Notes under the pieces: generated by a model
Seen by the model: the letters and a program-made list of their open reading frames with translations, nothing else
The model's database searches: none
What the model was told of the DNA's origin: nothing
Made by a program: the position numbers and the translations under genes
Shown: positions 47,771 to 55,830 of the stretch, one piece after another
How positions within the stretch are numbered: the first letter of the stretch is position 1
Layout: each line of letters opens with the position of its first letter
Assembly: GCA_037140515.1 (NCBI GenBank)
Contig: JBAXEI010000003.1
Span: 300 to 64,299 of the forward strand
Length of the DNA stretch: 64,000 nt
Direction of reading: 5' to 3'
Source: Candidatus Berkelbacteria bacterium
Lineage (GTDB): Bacteria > Patescibacteriota > UBA1384 > XYA2-FULL-43-10 > 1-14-0-10-43-13

Positions 47771-48580
47771 TTAATATTTCTGTCGGAGTAAGGCCATAAG
47801 TCTGTTTCGAACACGATCCTCGGCAATTCGACGCTCGATCTTGCCATCTACGGCCATCGAGATTGACCCAGTCTCTTCGGAAACGACGAGGGCGATCGCG
47901 TCCGATCTCTCAGTTATACCAATCGCGGCTTTGTGCCGAGTACCAAAGTCCGAAGCCATATAATCGTCCGTCACAGGCAAGGTCGAACGAGCGGAAACGA
48001 TCTTGTCACCAACGATGATGACAGCACCGTCGTGAAGCGGTGATTTTGGGTAGAATATTGAGAGTAGCAGCTCGGATCTGATCTGTGCATCGAGCTCGGT
48101 ACCATTTTCGATATATTCGCGGAGACCTGTTTGACGCTGGAAAATAATAAGTGCGCCAACTTTTTGCTTTGACATCGTGTTCACCGCTGTCATCACATCT
48201 TCGATAATTTTGGCGTAAGTACCTTTCGCAAAGATGGTATCACCGACAAATTTCGTCCGGCCAAGGCGCTCCAAAGCCGCACGAAGCTCTGGTTGGAATA
48301 CGATTGGGATAGCAACCACAAGCATCGTCGCAAAGTAATTCAAAACGGTATTTAACAGTATCAGGTTGAATAAACGACCAATAATCATAAGGGCGAATAG
48401 CAAAAAAAGTCCCCAAAGAATTCTCATCGCCCGTGTTTCGCGAAGGAAGATGTATATCCAGTAGATAATGATAGAGACGATCAAAACATCAATAATCATC
48501 AGTGGCACCGAGAACGCCCTGATATTTTCAAACAAGTATTTGGCGTTTTGGATCACGCCAAGAATCTTTTCAGTAACCAT
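47771..48580 (-). CDS. cdaA: Membrane diadenylate cyclase CdaA (DacA)
   Basis: Three transmembrane helices; FQPELRAALERLG; SPLHDGA; GTRHKAA; VVSEETG. Confidence 0.93.
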   Translation of the reverse strand: MVTEKILGVIQNAKYLFENIRAFSVPLMIIDVLIVSIIIYWIYIFLRETRAMRILWGLFLLFALMIIGRLFNLILLNTVLNYFATMLVVAIPIVFQPELRAALERLGRTKFVGDTIFAKGTYAKIIEDVMTAVNTMSKQKVGALIIFQRQTGLREYIENGTELDAQIRSELLLSIFYPKSPLHDGAVIIVGDKIVSARSTLPVTDDYMASDFGTRHKAAIGITERSDAIALVVSEETGSISMAVDGKIERRIAEDRVRNRLMALLRQKY

Positions 48581-48672
48581 ATATATAAGCCTTCAAATAG
48601 TTGAATATAATAATATTATACAACAGAAATTTGTAGTTTGGAAGTTGCTGATTTTATGCCATCTTTTCTTTC

Positions 48673-48754
48673 TGTCATCCCAGCCTGTAGCTCGAGAGCG
48701 GGGATCTTGAACTATCAGAATGGCCATAAGATTCCTGCTTTCGCAGGAATGACA
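48673..48754. repeat. REP/dRS3-like bipartite palindromic element, copy 6
   Basis: TGTCATCCCAGCCTGTAGCTCGAGAGCGGGGATCT...AGATTCCTGCTTTCGCAGGAATGACA; left arm related to copy 2. Confidence 0.75.
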
Positions 48755-48827
48755 AGCAAAATTATATTAAAAGCCTTCTGAATTGCTTCAAAAGGCTTCT
48801 GCTTGTTTAGAAAAACTAAACATCGTG

Positions 48828-49079
48828 TTATTTGTAATAAATTTGAACTTTCCCTGGAATTGGGTTGCCTTTTTCGTCAAAGGCTTGTTCAAAAGTGATT
48901 TGCCAGCCACCGCCATCGGCAGTTCCCTGCGCTGAGTCCATCGCCAGTTTTGCGTCACCGCCGAGAGCTGGGTCGTCGGCCAAGCCTGCGCACTTATTAG
49001 GGTAGCCAGCGTCAATCATCTTTTTCGCGATTCTCTCACATTCGGTCATTACGACTGCGTCGTTTTTCTGTTCAGACAT
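48828..49079 (-). CDS. Hypothetical small protein
   Basis: 83 aa; strong SD AAAGGAGG. Confidence 0.6.
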   Translation of the reverse strand: MSEQKNDAVVMTECERIAKKMIDAGYPNKCAGLADDPALGGDAKLAMDSAQGTADGGGWQITFEQAFDEKGNPIPGKVQIYYK

Positions 49080-49095
49080 TTCTGCCTCCTTTTCT

Positions 49096-49554
49096 CTATC
49101 TTAAATAGAGATCCACCCTTCGGACCAGATTCCGCCGACCTTCGACTTTTACGAAATGTATCTCTTCAGAGATAACATATCTGTCCATTTTTACTCGATT
49201 ATCTCGAGTACTGTTGTATTTGCCGATAACCTCAAGCTTCGCTATCATTCGGTCAAATGTTCGCTTGTCCGCCAGTGTATTGCGGAAACGTGCGACTGTC
49301 CCCTCATTGATTCGAGCCATATAGTACTCGAGAAATGATTCGTAGCTCATGTTGCTTGAAATAATTGGCGAAAAACCGTTGTCCTTCAGCGAGCTGATAT
49401 AAGAAATCATTTGCTCACTAAGTCTCAGCTGTTTTTTCGTCAGCAATGGATAATCAAACGTATGACCTACCGGTAGATAGTAATGCTGAGCAATATTTTC
49501 AGCAGCTCGGATCGCAATATCAATCCTCGAGCGATCGATCAGTTTCTTTTTCAT
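49096..49554 (-). CDS. Hypothetical protein
   Basis: 152 aa, basic; TTGACA-16nt-TATAGT at 49612-49585. Confidence 0.6.
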   Translation of the reverse strand: MKKKLIDRSRIDIAIRAAENIAQHYYLPVGHTFDYPLLTKKQLRLSEQMISYISSLKDNGFSPIISSNMSYESFLEYYMARINEGTVARFRNTLADKRTFDRMIAKLEVIGKYNSTRDNRVKMDRYVISEEIHFVKVEGRRNLVRRVDLYLR

Positions 49555-49631
49555 ACTTTACCCCCTATAGTAAACTGTCAGCTGACTATAACACTTGTCA
49601 GCCTATTGTCAAGCAGATTGCACCAAATGTA

Positions 49632-49660
49632 TTGACATTTGAGCTCAGAAGTGCTATAAT
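49632..49660 (+). promoter_or_regulatory. Consensus sigma70 promoter
   Basis: TTGACA-17nt-TATAAT with TG extension. Confidence 0.75.
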
Positions 49661-49690
49661 GCATGCATACTGAAATTGGAGGTTACTGAA

Positions 49691-50032
49691 ATGAGTAACA
49701 AACAACAAATAATAGATATTACCGATAGAACTTTTGATGAAGAAGTTCTGAAAAAGGATGATAAAGTCGTCCTACTGCTGATCTGGAACGAAGTAGGCCA
49801 AAGGTGCAAGAATGTAAACTGTGAACTTCTCGATGCCATCGAGGACGAGAAGCTTGCGGGTAAGGTCGTCTATCGCCGGATCGTCGGCTATCAGTCAAAT
49901 AAAATTGACCGGTACGGCCGTTGGGATTTCCCAACTACGTTCATCTTCAAAAATGGCAAACGTGTGGGCTCGATAAATGGGGTACGGGACTGCGACGAAA
50001 TTGTAGAAATCGTCGCCCAGCACCTAAACTAA
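49691..50032 (+). CDS. Thioredoxin-fold protein lacking WCxxC
   Basis: ITDRTFDEEVLK..VVLL, FPTTFIFKNG; active-site region reads WNEVGQRC. Confidence 0.75.
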   Translation: MSNKQQIIDITDRTFDEEVLKKDDKVVLLLIWNEVGQRCKNVNCELLDAIEDEKLAGKVVYRRIVGYQSNKIDRYGRWDFPTTFIFKNGKRVGSINGVRDCDEIVEIVAQHLN

Positions 50033-50141
50033 AGCACAGATCACCATCTCGCAATTGCAGATGGTGATTTTTTTATTCCACATCGACATTATCGCAATTT
50101 CGTGCTAAGGTGTGCTTATCAAGCTGTTCAAGGAGGTTACT

Positions 50142-50474
50142 ATGAACAATATTGATGACTCGTATCGCAACATCAACGACTACATCTTCGATTCGGAGAT
50201 CAATCGCGCTGATGGTAAAGTAGTTTTGCTCCTGGTCTGGAACGAAGTAGCAAAAAGTAGATTAATGAATCACACGCTACTTGCCTTCGCCAAAGATCAT
50301 CCGGAGATCGTTTATCGAAGAATTATCGGCTTAGAATCGAAAAGGATACTCAAGTATGTTGGCGGCACCATGCCGATAACCCTCATTTTCAAGAAAGGTG
50401 AGCTAAAGCAAGCGATCGCTGGTACATTAGAATCCGAATACATCCAAGGGCTTATCAGCTGGTTGGGCAAGTAA
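50142..50474 (+). CDS. Thioredoxin-fold paralog with no cysteine
   Basis: INDYIFDSEI..KVVLLLVWNEV, IVYRRIIG, MPITLIFKKG; SD AAGGAGG. Confidence 0.7.
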   Translation: MNNIDDSYRNINDYIFDSEINRADGKVVLLLVWNEVAKSRLMNHTLLAFAKDHPEIVYRRIIGLESKRILKYVGGTMPITLIFKKGELKQAIAGTLESEYIQGLISWLGK

Positions 50475-50537
50475 AACCACAAGGCCGCGGTCAAATATGA
50501 TCGTGGTTTTTTTATTGCCATTTTTTGTTTAGTTTGG

Positions 50538-50566
50538 TTGACAAATTTTCGATAATAGTATATTAT
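50538..50566 (+). promoter_or_regulatory. Sigma70-type promoter
   Basis: TTGACA-17nt-TATTAT. Confidence 0.6.
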
Positions 50567-50598
50567 ATGCTCTGCGTTACTCTAAGGAGGTAAGCTAA

Positions 50599-51363
50599 TT
50601 GATAAATATTGATCTGAAAGGTTACGAGCTTTTCTTACTAAATCTTGGTATGAAAAAAGCCTCGGACTACGGTACTCTGATAAGCAACATTGCCAGAGTC
50701 CCACAAAAAACACCCACGGCTATCCCGTATACAACCGAGATGCTGTCGATGAGCATGCTGAACAACGTCAGCGATGACGATATCATCGATAAGTACTTTC
50801 GGAGATACTATGACAGGTATGAAAGCTGGATGCCTGCACTTTGCATGCAAGACCAGGTGGCTATCTTGTCTCAGCTGATAAAGGTATTGCCAGGCGCGGA
50901 AAGAATCTTGGACGTTGGCTGTGGGACTTGCCATGTGTACACCTATCTGAAAACGATTGGTGAGCTCATGCTCGCAAATATCACAGGCCTCGATGGAACA
51001 GAGGAAATCCTCGAGGAGGGCAGGCAGATCGCAGAGAAAAATGGCGTCGAGCTGAACCTAGTGAATTCTCGTATGCCCTTGCTTGAAGAAGCAATAGGCC
51101 TATATGATTTCGTCTCTGCTATCGATTCTTTGCACTGGAACAAGTCATGGAGACAGACCGTACCTCGAATGTGCGAGCTACTCGCGCCTAAGGGCAAGCT
51201 CTTCATCGTCTACTCAGAATATTCTGCTCGAGCACAGATCAATTTGCCCGATCTGAGAAATCTGTTAAAAAAGGCAAAAATGAAGAATGTCGATCTCTCG
51301 ACATTTGCTGCACCGGTTTCGTTTTCGCCTCGAATATTCGTGACAGCCGAAAAGTGCGGCTAA
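50599..51363 (+). CDS. Class I SAM-dependent methyltransferase
   Basis: ILDVGCGT, ITGLD, SLHW, LAPKGKL; SD TAAGGAGG before TTG. Confidence 0.85.
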   Translation: MINIDLKGYELFLLNLGMKKASDYGTLISNIARVPQKTPTAIPYTTEMLSMSMLNNVSDDDIIDKYFRRYYDRYESWMPALCMQDQVAILSQLIKVLPGAERILDVGCGTCHVYTYLKTIGELMLANITGLDGTEEILEEGRQIAEKNGVELNLVNSRMPLLEEAIGLYDFVSAIDSLHWNKSWRQTVPRMCELLAPKGKLFIVYSEYSARAQINLPDLRNLLKKAKMKNVDLSTFAAPVSFSPRIFVTAEKCG

Positions 51364-51461
51364 AATCAGTAAGCTGCAATCCGAAAATGATTGCAGCTTT
51401 TTTTATTGCATAAAAAAAGGACGACTATTATATAGCCGCCCAATGCGTTTAATCAAATGTG

Positions 51462-51851
51462 TTAGCTCCGATCTTCCAGAAGATCTTCAACGTCAAAGTA
51501 CTTGAGTTTCCGTGCTAATTCGAGCACGGTCATCCCGTTACTATCGGTGGCAAGCAGATCTTCATCGGTAATAACAGAAGCAAGATTGGCCGCAGCCATT
51601 CGGAAGCCTCTGGCCAAAGCCCAGTGGAGCTGTGTTGGAAAATCATGATCAACATCCAAACCGAAATTTAGAATATGATCAAGCACAATGCCAGCAACAT
51701 CTTTGTTGTCAGTTCGCTCAGCTGCAGCCATGCAAGATTCAGATATCTTGTCATCTCCAGCCGAAGCCAGTAATTTCTCGACAAGTTCGAGATCCTCTGT
51801 GTTAATCGCGTGAAGCAAACGCTCTCGCTGTTCCTGTGTAAAATCACTCAT
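51462..51851 (-). CDS. Ankyrin-repeat-like protein
   Basis: LLHAIN.EDLELVEKLL, TQLHWAL..G, DSNGMTVLELA. Confidence 0.7.
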   Translation of the reverse strand: MSDFTQEQRERLLHAINTEDLELVEKLLASAGDDKISESCMAAAERTDNKDVAGIVLDHILNFGLDVDHDFPTQLHWALARGFRMAAANLASVITDEDLLATDSNGMTVLELARKLKYFDVEDLLEDRS

Positions 51852-52029
51852 CTCTAATGTTCCCCCTGTATTTTTCTGAGCGAACAATACCACATATGCT
51901 GAATTATTTCAATCGTAAGGTATGTTTTGATCTCACTTGAGGTTGACAAACGCACTTGCCAAAGAGTATAAATAGTTGTCAAGTAAATAATCTACTTGAG
52001 GAACGACATGCCAAAGGAGGTAAATACTT

Positions 52030-53907
52030 ATGGCAGACAAAATTGAGGATAACCGTCAGAGAGTTGTGAAACGCGTTCAATTCGCTGAGCAACCTCTCGA
52101 ATTGCAAGAACAAATGCGTGCCCAGGTCGCTCCAAAAAAGCAACCTGTAGCCCAAGAAGCTTCGCTGACAGCAGACAATGCAAAGCTACCCGAAAAAGAG
52201 CCACCAATGACTCTCGAAAGGGCAAAGAAGCTGATGTCTGGCATGAATCGAGCTGCAAAGCTCGACTTCATTAGAGAAATCTTTCTGAAGAAAGACCCTC
52301 CTGTGCGGCAAAATGTCATAGTTGCTATCGTCCAGTCAGCAATGTCTGGTATGAACAAATCTGGGCAGATTGATTTCATCAACCTTCTCTCCGGCTTACA
52401 GAATGTAGAGCGTACGAAGCTAAATGAGAAAAAAGAAAAAGAAGTTTTGAGGCGCGTGTCAGCTCAAGTTACGCTTGATGACTTGCCCGAAAAAACTGAT
52501 GAGTCTCCGCCGGAAGAGGTGTCAGAAAAAGCTGAAACACCACCTCCCACGACCATCTTAGCTGATGAACAATCTCCTACTGTTACAAAAGCACCTGTGA
52601 AACCAAAGACACCTGTTCATCGTGCAAACGGGACAAAACCAAAGCACAAAGGCAGGAAGCATTCTGCAGTGGCAACTCAAAACCACAAAGCTTCGAAGAC
52701 AAAGCTCATTGATGTACCAGAGGAAACACAGACAGCCGAAACAATCGAGCCTGAGATCATTCAAACTGAGATTATTCAGCCAGAAATCAAAGCTGCGGAG
52801 CAACAAATTCTTCCAGGCACTGTGATATCATCTGCGCCCGATCTCCAGAAATACCCAGATGTACCGTACAAAAGTGCAGCTGTGAACAAGGCAGAAACGA
52901 AGAAGGCTGAGACAAAAATACCCAAAGCGGCAGTCTTAGTGGATATCAGAAGAAGGTCACACAAGCCAGAAGCTCCAGTAATCGAAGAAGAAACAGCAAA
53001 AGTCGAAGTAGCTGAATCGGCAGAGACCGAAAATGTAGCTACTCCAACTATCGTAGAAACTGATGAAGCACCTACTGTAGAAAATGTGAAGATTATCACA
53101 AATGGCAGCAGCACAACAATCCAAGTAGGCTCAGAAGCATTTTCCCTAACCAGAACAAAGCTACTGAAAATGCTGAACGGTTCAATCAAGCTCGAAGTTG
53201 CTGCAGAAAAAGTCATTGTCAAAGACACGATTCCCATGCCGAAAAAGGCAAACGAATTCGAAATGATTTTTGGATTCGATATCAAGACTGAAGTAGAAAA
53301 AGTAAATGAGAAGCCAGGGACTGGAAAAGTAATGTTTGTCGGCGATATGGATAACTTTACAAGTTACCTTCGCTATCAAGACCGAATCTCTATTGCAGAT
53401 ATAGCTAAATACTATATCAAAGGCCGCGAAATGTTAGTGAAACCACAATACTTTGTATCATGCATGCATGTTCCAAGTCCTCACGTTCATTCATTTCGCG
53501 ACAGATACACCCACCAAGTCATGGCAACCGAATTCTTCAATGTTGAATGGAAACGTATCAAGAAATCACATGAAGACGACTCTATGTATGACCCAGATCT
53601 CCCCATGGATCTGAAAGCCAGACCAAGAGGCTACGGTGACGCCGACGTTGCGAGGTTCCTCCTCCAACAAGACAATCTGGAGAAGTGTGAAACAATACTT
53701 CTCTGGACCCATGATGAGCACTTCACAAGTACAGTTTTGTACTTGAGAAGTATTGGCAAGATTGTAGAGCTCCACCACACTGGCAGGTGGTGGACAAGCA
53801 CAAATCTCAGAAATGCCTGCGATACCGAAACAGATATCACTGAGAGATTCCCCGCAGACTATCCTGACAAAATTTTCGACGAACTTGAAAGAAGAAAATT
53901 GCGTTAA
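52030..53907 (+). CDS. Protein with long low-complexity region and C-terminal NYN/LabA (PIN-like) domain
   Basis: VMFVGDMDN, GYGDADVA, ILLWTHDEHF..LRSIGKIV, STNLRNACD match the NYN motif order; SD AAGGAGG; TTGACA at 51943. Confidence 0.7.
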   Translation: MADKIEDNRQRVVKRVQFAEQPLELQEQMRAQVAPKKQPVAQEASLTADNAKLPEKEPPMTLERAKKLMSGMNRAAKLDFIREIFLKKDPPVRQNVIVAIVQSAMSGMNKSGQIDFINLLSGLQNVERTKLNEKKEKEVLRRVSAQVTLDDLPEKTDESPPEEVSEKAETPPPTTILADEQSPTVTKAPVKPKTPVHRANGTKPKHKGRKHSAVATQNHKASKTKLIDVPEETQTAETIEPEIIQTEIIQPEIKAAEQQILPGTVISSAPDLQKYPDVPYKSAAVNKAETKKAETKIPKAAVLVDIRRRSHKPEAPVIEEETAKVEVAESAETENVATPTIVETDEAPTVENVKIITNGSSTTIQVGSEAFSLTRTKLLKMLNGSIKLEVAAEKVIVKDTIPMPKKANEFEMIFGFDIKTEVEKVNEKPGTGKVMFVGDMDNFTSYLRYQDRISIADIAKYYIKGREMLVKPQYFVSCMHVPSPHVHSFRDRYTHQVMATEFFNVEWKRIKKSHEDDSMYDPDLPMDLKARPRGYGDADVARFLLQQDNLEKCETILLWTHDEHFTSTVLYLRSIGKIVELHHTGRWWTSTNLRNACDTETDITERFPADYPDKIFDELERRKLR

Positions 53908-54013
53908 TGATTTCGCCGAATGGCACATCCGAGAGATGTGCCATTCTTTTTATTACAACACGTCTTGACTATATTGGCAAAAAGGCGTAAACATAGTCCA
54001 AGGAGGTGTGGAG

Positions 54014-54418
54014 ATGAAAAGCAGAAGACACACCGATCTGGCACCTGGCAATAACGAATCAATTCGCATCCTTTGCCTTCGATTGGCAGAGGAAATCGCA
54101 GAGAAAATGAAAACTTTCTTCAAAACAGATATGAGACCGATGATATTTACTCAAACTACCCGACTTGTGGGGACCAGTGAAGAATATTTCGGTATCGTAG
54201 TTCGTTTCTATGAAGAAAATGACGCGTGCAACCACTCAGCTGCCTTAGACTGGCTCTACAAGGAGCTAAAAAAGCATCCGGAAATATTTTTTCGTGTTGC
54301 ATCTCATGACGATGATAGATTTCTCGTCAGAAAAGACTTCCCTGGCATCGAAAGGTTAGTGTTGCCAAAGAAAAAGAAAAAACCGCCAGTCAAGGATGGC
54401 GGCTCCGAAAGCACCTAA
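54014..54418 (+). CDS. Hypothetical protein
   Basis: SD AAGGAGGTG; followed by hairpin plus T-run. Confidence 0.6.
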   Translation: MKSRRHTDLAPGNNESIRILCLRLAEEIAEKMKTFFKTDMRPMIFTQTTRLVGTSEEYFGIVVRFYEENDACNHSAALDWLYKELKKHPEIFFRVASHDDDRFLVRKDFPGIERLVLPKKKKKPPVKDGGSEST

Positions 54419-54484
54419 GCACAGACTGCTTGCAACAAGTGAAATATTTCACCGCAAGCAGTTTTTTTATATCAAATATTTAGG

Positions 54485-55609
54485 TTACTCAACAGGAACA
54501 ATTGATTTTACATATAAATCAGAACCCGCAACAAAGTCGCCTTGCGTAGGTGTAGTGACCGTAGCTGTGATGTAGAGCTTAGTCCAGCCGTCTGGCCAAT
54601 AATACACGTTTTTCATGTCAATATCTTTGACTGGGATGATTATCTCCCTTGCTGCAGATTTGTTCGGAAATGCGCCGCTAATAACATCATCCGAGAATAT
54701 CCTTGTGTATAGTACTTTTCCACCTTTACCGTAAGTTATCTCAACTTTTGTTTTGAGTGGCATCATCTCCTGTCGTGGAGCGCCAATGATATCTCTGCCG
54801 TTTATATCATACAGTCCAACACCGAAGCTAATCTGCTGAATGCCACTTTGTTCTAACACATAAGCTGATAATTGGTTTCCGATACTAACAGAGCCGAGAC
54901 CTTTGACATAGTCTGGCAGAGGCAAAACTTCAATAACTCTTGACTTTGTACAGCCTGAATCACCTGTTGATGCGGTTAACGAGATTTCATATTTACCCGA
55001 AACATCACTGTGCCACCACAGAGAAGAGTCATCTTTCTTCTCAAACACTCCGCCGCCACTCCAGCTTACTGGTTGAAGCATTATCGAACTGCCCTTCAGT
55101 CCTATGTGTATCCTTTGGCCCATTTCAACTTTATCCAAATTTTCATCATAGCCAAACACGACTTTTTCGCAGTCTAACGGTTCGATAGGTTGTCTAAGTT
55201 CATATGTTTCAGGACGAGGTCGAGGTACTGACGGCTCGACAATTGTAGGCGAAAGGTGAGATTCAGGACCTTCAGCAACTGCTACCTTTGTAGATTTAGC
55301 TGTCTTGGCTGACGTTGCGCTGTTTGCGGTTGTAACAGCCTGTCCGGTGGTGAGTGCTACATCTGGAGCTTGTGCTGGCAGAGATATTGCTCCTAGCAAA
55401 TCTGCAGGTTCGATAATATTTGAACGTGCCACATCTCTTGTTCGGACTATTTGTATAAACCTTGCTTCATTTCCCTTCGCAATAGCATAAACACTAGTAG
55501 CTGTAGCGGATAAAAAAAGCAACGCAATAGCGGTACCTATAAGCCACTCCGAGTGTAGGAGCGTATATTTTTGTAAATTTTTGAACATCAACCGTAATTT
55601 GGTTAACAT
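54485..55609 (-). CDS. Hypothetical membrane-anchored surface protein
   Basis: N-terminal hydrophobic helix, Ala/Thr/Pro linker, beta-rich C-terminal part with one Cys pair. Confidence 0.65.
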   Translation of the reverse strand: MLTKLRLMFKNLQKYTLLHSEWLIGTAIALLFLSATATSVYAIAKGNEARFIQIVRTRDVARSNIIEPADLLGAISLPAQAPDVALTTGQAVTTANSATSAKTAKSTKVAVAEGPESHLSPTIVEPSVPRPRPETYELRQPIEPLDCEKVVFGYDENLDKVEMGQRIHIGLKGSSIMLQPVSWSGGGVFEKKDDSSLWWHSDVSGKYEISLTASTGDSGCTKSRVIEVLPLPDYVKGLGSVSIGNQLSAYVLEQSGIQQISFGVGLYDINGRDIIGAPRQEMMPLKTKVEITYGKGGKVLYTRIFSDDVISGAFPNKSAAREIIIPVKDIDMKNVYYWPDGWTKLYITATVTTPTQGDFVAGSDLYVKSIVPVE

Positions 55610-55830
55610 AATATTTTAAGGGATCTGATGGCAATACAGCCCAGTCAAGATAATGTCGATCGTTATATGTCAATTATTAGTGACAAATGTACCACTGTAT
55701 GTTGTAGTTGTCAATATAACCTTGCCATTTATTACAAATATAAGGAATTAGCTCTCAGATTTAACAAATAAGACATGAGCATTGCCACGTCTTATTTTTA
55801 TATAGATTCAAATTGGTTGTACTTTTGTTC

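Noticed and set aside
6871-48754. CRISPR array or integron attC sites
   Set aside because: The repeats are dispersed rather than regularly spaced, lack RYYYAAC/GTTRRRY ends, and no cas or intI gene is present.
48780-55720. Prophage or classical defence island
   Set aside because: No recognisable integrase, structural, restriction-modification or other known defence genes; genes are monocistronic and in mixed orientation.
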